Origin: Promethearchaeia archaeon | Lineage (GTDB): Archaea; Asgardarchaeota; Lokiarchaeia; Sigyniarchaeales; SOKP01 | Assembly: GCA_029856125.1 (NCBI GenBank) | Contig: JAHQWJ010000120.1 | Coordinates: 243,170 to 307,169, forward strand | Direction: 5' to 3' | DNA: 64,000 nt | Part shown: positions 1 to 9,837 of the stretch, piece after piece | How positions within the stretch are numbered: the first letter of the stretch is position 1 | Layout: every line of letters starts with the position of its first letter | Position numbers and translations under genes: made by a program | The notes under the pieces: model-generated | The model's input: only the letters and a program-made list of their open reading frames with translations | Told to the model about the DNA's origin: nothing | Database searches by the model: none

Positions 1-1
1 A

Positions 2-160
2 GTTCCCATATCTAGCGGATACGGATTAGGGGAAAAAGGTATCGGTGCTTTAACAACGATGCTTCAATCGTGCTCACCAGGGTTATTAGTAGTCAACATT
101 GACAATGGGTTTGGAGCAGGTGCCTCTGCAGCTTTAATAGCTAATAGCATCGCAAAATAA
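2..160 (+). CDS. larB: nickel pincer cofactor biosynthesis protein LarB, C-terminal fragment (runs off the left edge)
   Basis: Own translation of frame +2: [52 protein letters not shown]. It contains the LarB signature VPxSxGYG...[20 protein letters not shown], and larC is 1.6 kb away. Confidence 0.92.
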   Translation, partial: VPISSGYGLGEKGIGALTTMLQSCSPGLLVVNIDNGFGAGASAALIANSIAK

Positions 161-283
161 ATTTTCCATCTAAGAGTTTCTTCTTAATATTTGTAAGAGA
201 TTACAAATTTAGTATATTTTTATACCAAGTTAATTTAAAATTATTATATCTTAATATATAATTTTAAAAACTATAATAAAAAA

Positions 284-955
284 GTGTATGTTATGGCACC
301 TACACCAGCTTCTATTGAAGCATTATCGAAACTGAGGCAGTTAAATCCTGTAACAGGATGGTATGTTGTTACTATTTTAGTTATTGTGTTATATATCTAT
401 GGTGTTGAGATCAAAAAAGCAAGAGAGACAAATAATTGGAGCACTGTCTTTGCTGGTTTAACATTATTAGGACTTGATCTTATTAATGAAATATGGAACG
501 GATTAGTATTTGCGTTTTCCAACTACTCGGCGTTTTGGACCACACCGGGAGCAAGTGCTTATATAATCTTAATTGGATGGAACATAGAAATCGCTTTCAT
601 GTTTTCGATCGCAGGCATTGTCTTCGCAAAATTTCTACCAGATGAAAAAGAAAAGAAAATTTTAGGACTTCCAAACCGCTGGGCTATGGCAATCGGCTTT
701 ACACTATTTTCTGTGTTTGTCGAGATTCTATTGAATTGGGGTAATTATTTAATATGGGAATATGTGTGGTGGAATTGGTACAACCCCATTTTAATCTTTC
801 TTATCGGTTATTTTCACTTTTTTGTAGGTACATTTTATGTGTATGACCTTCCCGAAAGAAAAGACAAAATTAAGGTAGTAGGGGTTATTTACGGAATAGC
901 TATCGTCCTTCTATGTATCTTCGGACCCTTATTGATGCCTCTTGGTATTTTTTAG
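284..955 (+). CDS. integral membrane protein of unknown function (about 7 TM, Trp-rich); start probably ATG 293
   Basis: 223-aa ORF with repeated hydrophobic segments, followed by an oligo-T tract. Confidence 0.75.
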   Translation: MYVMAPTPASIEALSKLRQLNPVTGWYVVTILVIVLYIYGVEIKKARETNNWSTVFAGLTLLGLDLINEIWNGLVFAFSNYSAFWTTPGASAYIILIGWNIEIAFMFSIAGIVFAKFLPDEKEKKILGLPNRWAMAIGFTLFSVFVEILLNWGNYLIWEYVWWNWYNPILIFLIGYFHFFVGTFYVYDLPERKDKIKVVGVIYGIAIVLLCIFGPLLMPLGIF

Positions 956-967
956 CTTTCAAAAATC

Positions 968-986
968 CTTTTTTTTTTATTTTTTT
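968..986 (+). terminator. oligo-T archaeal-type terminator
   Basis: Long T run broken by one A just after the 955 stop. Confidence 0.5.
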
Positions 987-1170
987 AATCAAATAACTAT
1001 TTGAACTATCTTTTGCGGTATTCAAATGAAGATAATTTAAAACTAACACAGATTTTGACCATTTTACACCTTATAAATTGAATGTGAAAGTATTTATATT
1101 TAGATTAACATAATTAATATTGAAATTACTAATTCTAAATAATCTAAAAAAAAACTAACATACTATAAAG

Positions 1171-1713
1171 TTGAGACCTATGGTCGCAACAGTTGATAAT
1201 TTTGAAAAGTCTAAAGAATTTTTTAAAAGTGGCGATATTCTTAATGCCTTAGAGAGCTTTACTAAAGCATTAAATGGTTCAGATACTTCTAAAAGCACCG
1301 TTAAAAAAGAACTAATTTTGTTTTTGGAAAATCTGTTACAGTATAGCAAGGATAACAATCTTCGAGACGAAGAAGCTATGGTTTTAAGAACTTTGGGAAG
1401 AACTCATTCTAAATTTAGAAATCACGTAGAAGGTTTAAAATATTCGTATCAGGCATTAAAAATTCAAAAAAAAATTGGAAGAAAGTTAGATATTGCTGAG
1501 AGCTTAGTTTTTCTTGCTGAAGACCTCGAAATTTCAGGTAATTACGACGAATGCGCAAAATCTTTTACTGAAGCTGCCGAAATTTTTCAAGAGTTAGGGA
1601 AATTTAATAAGGAAGCAGAAATTAAAGAAGAAATTAATCGGCTGAAAGATTTTTCTGAAGAAATGGTTAAGGACGAATTTAATTTAAAGAAATTCAATAT
1701 TGATAATTACTAA
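1171..1713 (+). CDS. TPR-repeat protein
   Basis: TPR-like helices (EAMVLRTLGRTH...YQALKIQKKIG, AEIFQELG). Confidence 0.75.
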   Translation: MRPMVATVDNFEKSKEFFKSGDILNALESFTKALNGSDTSKSTVKKELILFLENLLQYSKDNNLRDEEAMVLRTLGRTHSKFRNHVEGLKYSYQALKIQKKIGRKLDIAESLVFLAEDLEISGNYDECAKSFTEAAEIFQELGKFNKEAEIKEEINRLKDFSEEMVKDEFNLKKFNIDNY

Positions 1714-1796
1714 AGCAATCCAAGTATGGCCATTAAATTTAAAAAAATCCTTTTTTTTTTGATTTTATATTTTATGAGTAGAGTATGCTACGGCTA

Positions 1797-3083
1797 TTAG
1801 TTATTCTTGTAAAGCATTTCTATCACATTTTGACAATAAAACAGTATTTCTTTAACAGTCAGAGATGTTTCTTTGCTGATTACACTTAAATCTTCAAATT
1901 CAGGTTTAACATTGATAACTTCTGTTTTTTCTCCTTTTTTAATGAAAGAAATTTTCAAATTCAAATCATACCAATTACCATTAATTTCTATTTTTTCTTT
2001 CACATTCTTGCGATCAACGCAAACACGCTTGCTTGAATAGAACCTTACGCCAAGCGTACCCAACTCTCTTAAAGTTTTAAGTATTAAATCATAATTATGA
2101 GAAGGATCACATATAATTTTGATGACGTGGCCAGGGCGATTTTTCTTAGTAATACTTGGGATTATTTGAATGTCTAAAATATCTTCATTTCCTAAAATAT
2201 TTACAAAATTACCTAAAATTTCTCCAGATACATCGTCTACAGCTGTTTCTAGAATACTAACTTCCTCAACATAATTACTTATAGGATGTAACTCTTTAGA
2301 ACGCATTGAATCTTTTATCTCTCCGTAAAACAAACGAAGTGTATTCGAAAAAGCGTTAAACTCCTTTTGACCCGTCCCGCAGGATATCTTTAGCAAATTC
2401 ATAGAGGGAACAAATTCTGAATAGGTCGGATGCAAATTTACCAATAGCGCTGCTCCGGTAGGGGTTACTAGTTCCGATTCAATAGGTCCTCCTTTTATAG
2501 ACAAACTAGAGTTTTCTAATATTTTTACTGTAGCTGGAGCGGGGATAGGTAAGATTCCGTGGGCACTTTTTATTTTTCCGCCACCAAGAGGTACTTCGCT
2601 ACAATAATATGAGAAATCCGTGTTAAATCCTCCTATTGTATCAATAACTTTCGTTACTCCCAAAATATCAATCAATGTGTCAACTGAGCTTAATTCGTGA
2701 AGGTGAATGTTTTCAATTAATTTTCCGTGAACTTCAGCTTCAGCTTTAAATAAAGTGCTTAAGACTTTCTTTGCAAACGCTTTAGCCTGTTTCGAAAAGC
2801 TGTTCTCATTAAGATACTCCTCGAGAGCGTTCGAGAGATCCTCCGGAGTTCTATGCGTTTTAGATTCCTCTATTGTTATTTCAAGTTTATTAGTCTCTAA
2901 CCCCATCCTTTTAACGATCCCTAGATCAAGTTCTAATTTAGATACTCCTTTTAATTTTTTCTTTAAATCTTTTAAACCTGTGAGGATTTGGGTTGAATCA
3001 GGTATTAAACCTAATAACGATGCTAATAACATATCCCCTGAGATTCCTGAGTTAGTTAAATCAAAAAATATAGATTTCATCAC
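1797..3083 (-). CDS. larC: nickel pincer cofactor Ni insertase LarC
   Basis: SGISGDMLLASL, AEAEVHG...HLHELSSVDTLIDI, HGILPIPAPAT, ELVTPTGAALL, ETAVDD, KKNRPG, KPEFED motifs. Confidence 0.95.
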   Translation of the reverse strand: MMKSIFFDLTNSGISGDMLLASLLGLIPDSTQILTGLKDLKKKLKGVSKLELDLGIVKRMGLETNKLEITIEESKTHRTPEDLSNALEEYLNENSFSKQAKAFAKKVLSTLFKAEAEVHGKLIENIHLHELSSVDTLIDILGVTKVIDTIGGFNTDFSYYCSEVPLGGGKIKSAHGILPIPAPATVKILENSSLSIKGGPIESELVTPTGAALLVNLHPTYSEFVPSMNLLKISCGTGQKEFNAFSNTLRLFYGEIKDSMRSKELHPISNYVEEVSILETAVDDVSGEILGNFVNILGNEDILDIQIIPSITKKNRPGHVIKIICDPSHNYDLILKTLRELGTLGVRFYSSKRVCVDRKNVKEKIEINGNWYDLNLKISFIKKGEKTEVINVKPEFEDLSVISKETSLTVKEILFYCQNVIEMLYKNN

Positions 3084-3240
3084 ATGCTCACTCTCATGAT
3101 TAAAATAGGTGAATTTGTACCTAGTACTATAAATAAAAGAACAATACTAAAAATAATAAACCGTTGTTATTTTATAATAAATTGTACTTAATTTCAATTT
3201 AATAGTTATATATTTATGAATAAAAGAGAAATGATTAGTT

Positions 3241-3975
3241 ATGAGTGAACTTCAAACTATCAAATGTTACCTAGATCAAATACCTTCCACTTTTATAAAG
3301 TTGTTGGGCATCGATCCGCCATCTGGAATAATTCCAGAACCTGTTAATGAGGTTGTTGATCTTTATCAAGGTATTGAACGAATAAGTGTAAGCATAATTG
3401 ATAATTTTGGTTTATTTGAACTCACATTTAATAAGCCCGAATTTATGATAACAAATTCTCAGGTGATGTTGCTTCTCTCCACCAAAAACCCTTATACTTT
3501 AGGCGTACTACATCAAATGATGTATGGAGGATTCGAATTTGAACCCAACGGATTTCATTTGTTAAGATATCTAAACGAACATGGAAAGAAATCATGCTTT
3601 GTTGGAAGAAAAAAAGACATAGCCAGATACGATGGAGGAACTCATTCAATTCCAAAAGAAACGGATATGGCTACATGGGTTGAATCTGCGAAGGTTATAA
3701 ATACTTTTGAAATGTCTTGGATGCATTATTTAGATTTTGAAAATCTTCACAAACAACAACAAGCATTAAAACAAAGAACTCCCGAGGACTTGATTGATAA
3801 ATTAATACTTCGTACTGACAAATGGATTTTAGGGAACTACAAGCAACTTAGAAATAATTCTCTAATGGTAATTCTAGGAGATCACGGTAGAGTTAAATTA
3901 AATCTCGAATATTCGGGGAAAATAGCACAATGGCGGGAAGCAAGTGTACCGATAGCTATTATAATTAGGAAATAA
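3241..3975 (+). CDS. hypothetical protein, degenerate alkaline-phosphatase/PglZ-like fold
   Basis: DQIPST...LLG, IIDNFG, VILGDHG and C-terminal VP motifs resemble the AP superfamily core. Confidence 0.5.
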   Translation: MSELQTIKCYLDQIPSTFIKLLGIDPPSGIIPEPVNEVVDLYQGIERISVSIIDNFGLFELTFNKPEFMITNSQVMLLLSTKNPYTLGVLHQMMYGGFEFEPNGFHLLRYLNEHGKKSCFVGRKKDIARYDGGTHSIPKETDMATWVESAKVINTFEMSWMHYLDFENLHKQQQALKQRTPEDLIDKLILRTDKWILGNYKQLRNNSLMVILGDHGRVKLNLEYSGKIAQWREASVPIAIIIRK

Positions 3976-4002
3976 GTATGTACTATTTTTATAAAAATTA
4001 AG

Positions 4003-4536
4003 ATGTTTAAAATGGAAGAATATAAGCGTTTTACAGTTTCACTTCCTAAAGATTTATACGACAAGTTTGAAGCTTTCAGGAATAATATTGGTATTTCGAG
4101 ATCAGATAGTATTAGGAAAGCGATGTATACTTTAATGGCTAGTGAAGAGAGTATTACGAAAGCTTCTGGGAATGTTGTTGGTTGCATCCCTATAATTATG
4201 CTTCATGAACATTTTACTGATAAGCATGAAAAGGAAGATTCCGCAGAACGCTCTCACGAGATAAATCATGATGATAAACACCACGATCACGAATACGATT
4301 CCAGACCAATATACGCCTCTGTCCAACAAACAGACGAAATTTTAAAAAACGATATTCAACATCATTTCTATGATGTTATTACATCAACTTTACACGTACA
4401 TCTTGAATTTGAAAAATGTTTAGAAATTATAGCTGTGTCTGGACCCTTTGAAAGAGTAAAAAAACTTAAGGAAGCTTTGCAAAGATTAAGGAGTATCGTG
4501 TCGATACAATTTTTTATCATTGATAAAGAATTTTAA
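4003..4536 (+). CDS. nikR: NikR-family nickel-responsive regulator with His-rich insertion
   Basis: Ribbon-helix-helix N-terminus RFTVSLP...SRSDSIRKA; ACT-like C-terminus QHHF...STLHVHL...CLEII. Confidence 0.9.
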   Translation: MFKMEEYKRFTVSLPKDLYDKFEAFRNNIGISRSDSIRKAMYTLMASEESITKASGNVVGCIPIIMLHEHFTDKHEKEDSAERSHEINHDDKHHDHEYDSRPIYASVQQTDEILKNDIQHHFYDVITSTLHVHLEFEKCLEIIAVSGPFERVKKLKEALQRLRSIVSIQFFIIDKEF

Positions 4537-4847
4537 TGTTAATTTAAGTAATACCATCGACGTGGATGATCTTACATAAAAGAAAGAGAAAAGAATAAAA
4601 AATTTTCTTCAAACAAGAAAAGAACAAAGATAAAGATAAGGCGATTTATGAAGAATTTTTTATTCTATTAGATTGTGTGTGTGTTATAACTACAATGACA
4701 TATTTATAATAAAAATAAGCATACATTGAGAAATTAGTAATTTTTCAGAATTAAAAAAAAAGAATGATTTTAATTAAATTTAATAAAAATATTTTTCCTT
4801 ACAGGTGATTATTTTAAATAGATTTGCAGTTCTATGAGTGATCTTCT

Positions 4848-5045
4848 TTACAGATCTTTCTCTTGGACTGTTTTTCTACCGTTTGCTTTTGCTCGACCAA
4901 TCGCTTTATCGAGTATACCAATTAAGGCATTATTGAGTGCTGGACCATCAATTACATCTCCAGATGTGTTACAATCCTTAGATTTGATATATTCTCGAAC
5001 TTTGGATTTTACGAATAAAACATCAACTGCAGCTTTTTTAGCCAT
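4848..5045 (-). CDS. histone-fold protein, probably the face-to-face (HTkC/DUF1931-like) class
   Basis: 65 aa, LFVKSKVREY...RAKANGRKTVQEKDL; AGGAGGA RBS 7 nt upstream. Confidence 0.85.
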   Translation of the reverse strand: MAKKAAVDVLFVKSKVREYIKSKDCNTSGDVIDGPALNNALIGILDKAIGRAKANGRKTVQEKDL

Positions 5046-5052
5046 TTTTTAT

Positions 5053-5128
5053 TCCTCCTTTAATTATTTAAATATGTTTTAAAAATAAATTAGTGTTTAA
5101 AGAATATTTCTCCTACTCCTATTTAAAG
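5053..5128 (-). promoter_or_regulatory. RBS (AGGAGGA, 5053-5059) and candidate TATA box (TTTAAATA, about 5120-5127) of the histone gene
   Basis: Motifs read on the minus strand upstream of ATG 5045. Confidence 0.5.
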
Positions 5129-5456
5129 TTAGTTGAAAAAACATCATAGAAGGTTAATATTTTGGGTATACCAGCGATCTAGAATAGAGATGTTAAATTG
5201 AAATTTAACAAGGTGTACTCAATGATCTTTAGGATTTGTGTATAGGCAAGGTAATTCATATGATAGAGTTGCTACTTATGTAGTATCTTCTTACTTGAAA
5301 GTACAAGAGTTGTTCAAGCTATTTTAAAATATTTTTTGATTATATGAACAAACTCATCTAATTTTGATTAGATGTATTTTTCTAATTTTAAAAATTAACA
5401 GTTTTAACTACGAATAACGAATCAAAAAGTAAGAGGAATTATTATAAAACTTTGGC

Positions 5457-6455
5457 ATGAATTTTAAAAATCCTGTTTTAACAAGAGCACCAACAAGAAT
5501 CTGCGACATTGGAGGATGGACAGACACTTGGTTTTACCCAAAAGGAGCTGTATTTAGTTTTTGTGTGGATCTCTATAGCTATGTAAGACTTGTAGAAAAT
5601 TCAAGTAAGACGATAAAAATTTTTGCTGAGAATCTTAAACAAAGCGCTGTAATTCTAAATTTAAAAAAAATTGAATACAATGGTGTTTTGGATTTGTTAA
5701 AAGCAGCGATTAAAAGAATGAATATAGAAAATGGTTTGGATATTTTTGTGAGAGCAGACGCACCACCGGGATGTGGGACAGGTACTAGTGCGAGCGTTGC
5801 GGTTACTTTAATTTCTGCCTTAGCCACCTATAAACGATTAAATATGGATCAAAACAATATTGCTACTTTAGCACATAAACTCGAAACTGAAGAACTTGAA
5901 CTTGAAAGTGGAGTTCAAGATCAGTATGCTGCCGCTTATGGAGGGATAAATTTCATGGAAATTGATTATCCTGAAGTAAAACTATTAAAAATAAAGATTA
6001 ATAAGAAGCGTATTCTTGAACTTGAAAAGCAGTTTATCTTAGTCTATTTTGGTTCAAGAAGTTCGAGTAAAATGCATGATGCAGTTATAAGTAATTATAA
6101 AAATCGAGATAAGGCTACGCTCAATTCTTTTGAAATCATGAAACAGTGTGCATATGAAATGAAAGCCTCAATTAACTCTGACATTGAAATCCTTGGAGAG
6201 ATTATAAATAGAAATTGGGATGCTCAGAAATCTCTCCATCACTTAATGATTAATCCTATAATAAAGAAAGCAGAAAAAATTGCTAAGAGTAATGGTGCTA
6301 TAGGATTTAAGTGCAATGGTGCAGGTGGAGGTGGTTCAGCTACCATTTTAGCTGAAAGTGGATACGAATATCAGATCAAAAAAAAATTAGTTGAAAACGG
6401 TTATACAATCTTGCCATGTAAAATGAGTTTTACTGGCGTTAGAAGTTATGACTAG
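5457..6455 (+). CDS. GHMP-family sugar kinase (HddA / heptose-7-phosphate kinase-like)
   Basis: RAPTRICDIGGWTD, PPGCGTGTS, GVQDQY, KCNGAGGGG motifs. Confidence 0.85.
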   Translation: MNFKNPVLTRAPTRICDIGGWTDTWFYPKGAVFSFCVDLYSYVRLVENSSKTIKIFAENLKQSAVILNLKKIEYNGVLDLLKAAIKRMNIENGLDIFVRADAPPGCGTGTSASVAVTLISALATYKRLNMDQNNIATLAHKLETEELELESGVQDQYAAAYGGINFMEIDYPEVKLLKIKINKKRILELEKQFILVYFGSRSSSKMHDAVISNYKNRDKATLNSFEIMKQCAYEMKASINSDIEILGEIINRNWDAQKSLHHLMINPIIKKAEKIAKSNGAIGFKCNGAGGGGSATILAESGYEYQIKKKLVENGYTILPCKMSFTGVRSYD

Positions 6456-6538
6456 CTTGGCCTTATTGAATGACGATACTAATTCTAATCGAATCTACTA
6501 CGGTTTATCTTTAATTTATATTGGAGAAGATGCTTTTT

Positions 6539-6785
6539 TTCATCGAGTAGGAATTATATTATCTTTATGGGAATAAAAAGAGTTATTCATGGCGTATTGA
6601 TTTGCTTCTTGTATACTTTCGTAGAAAATATCTAGTTTATCTTTTTCCAAATCGTTATAGGAATATTAACCAATTGAGCCATACAATTTTTTAATGAGAT
6701 ATTCCGGCTTATTAAGGTTATAAGTAAGTTCAGCAAGAATATCACTCAATTCTAAAATAATATCTTCATCTATCATTACTTTCAT
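6539..6785 (-). pseudogene. probable gene relic with an internal TAA
   Basis: ATG 6785 lies just past the stop of the upstream gene; reads MKVMIDEDIILELSDILAELTY...YGSIG*YSYNDLEKDKLDIFYESIQEANQYAM... Confidence 0.35.
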
Positions 6786-6790
6786 CTTTT

Positions 6791-7573
6791 TTATTCAATT
6801 AAACCGTGACTTCGTGCTATTTCTTCAAACATCATCAAAGTGCGATACATTTCCCCAGGAACTGCATCCATTAAATTCGCTTGAATTAAATTTGCACGGA
6901 ATTTAGGATATAAATGGTTCAAATTCCCAAAACCCATTGTATCGTCCATTAAACCAGCTAATGAAAATACTTCAATAAGATTATGAATTGTATCTATGTT
7001 GGTATTAGTATTTATATTATTTATCTCATGAGCAACACTCGCGATATCAATTGAAGCTAATGTTTCACGTTTTCTCTTTTGCATTTCAAATTCTTTTGTC
7101 ATTCTTTGGGGAGGAAATAATGTAAAGCTATGGAGCATTTCTTCAAACATTGGAGATATTTCGTTAAAATTAACTTTATCAGCAAAGAAATAGAGAGCAT
7201 ATGATCTTTGTTCATGCAATATGTAATTTAACTGAATAATAACATCATAAGGTGGTTGAAATCCTTTAACCTTTAGAGTATAGCTCAATTTTTCTTTAAA
7301 GTCAATTTTGTGTATTTCCTCAATGATTTCAAAATTTTTCAAATATAAACGCAAGTTTCCAATTGCTTCTTTTATATAGTTCTTATATTTCTTGGGTTTT
7401 CCACGATAAGGATTAACTAAAGGCATTAACATTTCATTAAAGCGTTCACTATTTTCTTCGTATATCGCCATAATAAGAGGGCTTGGATTTCTAGGATCTT
7501 CCTGTACTATCCAACTACTAGGATATTTAATTTCAAAACCGTTCTTAGGATCACTATAAATTAGAAATTTCAT
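6791..7573 (-). CDS. PsbP/DcrB-like domain protein with a helical C-terminal extension
   Basis: YSDPKNGFEIKYPSSW start and FEEMLHSF end are typical of the PsbP-like fold. Confidence 0.6.
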   Translation of the reverse strand: MKFLIYSDPKNGFEIKYPSSWIVQEDPRNPSPLIMAIYEENSERFNEMLMPLVNPYRGKPKKYKNYIKEAIGNLRLYLKNFEIIEEIHKIDFKEKLSYTLKVKGFQPPYDVIIQLNYILHEQRSYALYFFADKVNFNEISPMFEEMLHSFTLFPPQRMTKEFEMQKRKRETLASIDIASVAHEINNINTNTNIDTIHNLIEVFSLAGLMDDTMGFGNLNHLYPKFRANLIQANLMDAVPGEMYRTLMMFEEIARSHGLIE

Positions 7574-7664
7574 AATTTCTCAGAATATTTGTCTTGATAA
7601 TTTTTATGGGGAGTAATTATTTAAATATTTAATTGGAATTAATAAATAATATATATGACAAAAA

Positions 7665-9668
7665 TTGAAATTCATAATGAAAGATTTTGAATTTAAGAAT
7701 ATCCCATCGAATAATAAAGATCCAATAAATTTGGATGAGCTTGGAGAAATCTCTGAGCATTTTCTCCATCAAAATGAAGACGCTATAAATTTAACCGTTC
7801 CTGAAATATTAACTCCAATTAAAAGGGGCTTAAAGAGGTATTATCACCCTCCAAGAAGTTTTGGACATACAGCAGGTATAAATTGTTTAGATATCAGTTC
7901 AAATGGCAAATACCTAGTAAGTGGATCAAATGACACTACGGTAAAGTTATGGGATTTTAAACGTGGATGTCATTTACTTACATTTAATGGACATCAAAGT
8001 TCTATTTACTCTGTATTATTTATAGATAGCTTAAATATTATTTTGAGTGGTTCTGGAGATTCTGCAATAAAAATTTGGAACTTAAATTCGGGGAACTTAA
8101 TAGATTCAATTTATACTTCAAATAATGGTTTTATTCAATCATTAAAATTTTCGAAGAGAACTGGCCATATAATCGTGGGATTACATAATGAGCGTGATTA
8201 TCGTGGGTGGACCGAAGTATGGGATTTAAAAAGAAGGAAATTAGAAAATGTAATCGAACCAGATTTTGAAGCATCACGGGCTTTTACACCTACATCTGAT
8301 TATAAATATTTAATTGGAGTTTCAAATTATGGATCAGATTTAGTAATTTTAGACTTTAAATCTGGTCATCCTGTAAATGTTTTGAAAAATTTAATTGAAC
8401 CACCTAAATATGAAGGAGGAGAAAAGGATTTTATTAGTGATTTCGTAGTATCTCATGATTGTAAATACATCTTTATCTCAACTTACTCCAATCTATTAAA
8501 AAAAATAGATATTTTATCAGGAGAAATTCTTAATTCAGTTCAGATTCGTGGGTTGAGAAACCTGAAAATTCTCCCGCCTGGTAAGTTATTAGCTGAAGTT
8601 CGTTCTGAGTTACAAATACGAGATATTAATTCTCTGGAAATAATTAATAGAATAGAGAATCCACATAAAAAAGGAATGAATTATTTGATATTCACGCCAG
8701 ATATTAAATATCTAATCTCTGCTGGGACACAGATTATAGTAACTGAGCTATCAAGTGGAAATGTAGTTAATCAATTTGGAAAAGGTTCTTTTATGAGCGA
8801 TACTGAACTTGTTAGGGATGATAAAGTAATCAGTATTGTTGACGATATACTTCTATATTGGGATATAAATGATGGAAATGTAATTAAAAAAGTTCCTACT
8901 AAACCTAAAACAATTGAACCTCATACCTCAACAAATGGTAAATATTTCTCTACATATGTTGACACCTCCTCTTTCTCAGGAGCAGATATCTGGGAAATCG
9001 ACAAATTAGAATGCATACACAACATTAAAGATTATTATATAATGGATTTCAATGATAAAGGTACACTATGTGCATGTAATCCAAGCATAAGTCTCTCATC
9101 ATATAGTTGGAGTAAGCAACAAAAAAAAGGATTAATTTCAATATTAGAAATCCCTTCAGGTAAAATCAAATTTTCAGTAAAAGTTCATGACGATAGTATT
9201 AAAGATATTAAGTTTTCTCCAAAAAAGAAATTGATTGCCAGTACTTCTTATGATAAAACAATAAAAATATGGGATTATCAGACTGGCAAAATTATTCACA
9301 ATATTAAGGATTATAGGGATGTAAGGAAATTATTCTTTTCCCCTGATGGTAAATATCTAGTTGGAGGAGACAGAAATGGAAATTTTACATTCTGGGAAAT
9401 ATCCAATGGGAAGGAATTTAAGCAGATAAGTGGTCGGGGAGATAATGCTAAATACTTGTGTTTCTCCCATGATGGTAAATTTATTGCTTTTAGCAGATCT
9501 AAAAATAGCGTAATTGTTAAGAATTTTAAAGAGGATATATCTTATGGCCCATTCAACCATTTTTCTGGAATCTATAAAATTGCATTTTCAAAAAATGATG
9601 AGTTTTTAATTACTATCACTCATAATGGAAATCTTTATTTATGGGATTTTTTACATCTCTTAAATTGA
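7665..9668 (+). CDS. WD40-repeat protein (probably a double beta-propeller)
   Basis: GH...LVSGSNDTTVKLWD, SGSGDSAIKIWN, STSYDKTIKIWD repeats. Confidence 0.9.
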   Translation: MKFIMKDFEFKNIPSNNKDPINLDELGEISEHFLHQNEDAINLTVPEILTPIKRGLKRYYHPPRSFGHTAGINCLDISSNGKYLVSGSNDTTVKLWDFKRGCHLLTFNGHQSSIYSVLFIDSLNIILSGSGDSAIKIWNLNSGNLIDSIYTSNNGFIQSLKFSKRTGHIIVGLHNERDYRGWTEVWDLKRRKLENVIEPDFEASRAFTPTSDYKYLIGVSNYGSDLVILDFKSGHPVNVLKNLIEPPKYEGGEKDFISDFVVSHDCKYIFISTYSNLLKKIDILSGEILNSVQIRGLRNLKILPPGKLLAEVRSELQIRDINSLEIINRIENPHKKGMNYLIFTPDIKYLISAGTQIIVTELSSGNVVNQFGKGSFMSDTELVRDDKVISIVDDILLYWDINDGNVIKKVPTKPKTIEPHTSTNGKYFSTYVDTSSFSGADIWEIDKLECIHNIKDYYIMDFNDKGTLCACNPSISLSSYSWSKQQKKGLISILEIPSGKIKFSVKVHDDSIKDIKFSPKKKLIASTSYDKTIKIWDYQTGKIIHNIKDYRDVRKLFFSPDGKYLVGGDRNGNFTFWEISNGKEFKQISGRGDNAKYLCFSHDGKFIAFSRSKNSVIVKNFKEDISYGPFNHFSGIYKIAFSKNDEFLITITHNGNLYLWDFLHLLN

Positions 9669-9837
9669 AAAATTATGATATTAATTTTTCTTAAAAAATA
9701 TATTAGTACATCGCTATTTAGGCAGAATGTTAATATTATTTTTCCTTAGGATTATATACCTATCAAAAATACTTATTAGATGAAAGATTTTTTTTTTTGA
9801 ATGTAAAATTCCAATGAATTTTTATTCGAAGGATAAA

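Noticed and set aside
3122-3170. Candidate NikR operator in the larC promoter (GTACTA...CAATAC; AACAA...TTGTT)
   Set aside because: Half-sites are imperfect, spacing does not fit the ~15-16 bp NikR spacer, and such matches are expected in AT-rich DNA.
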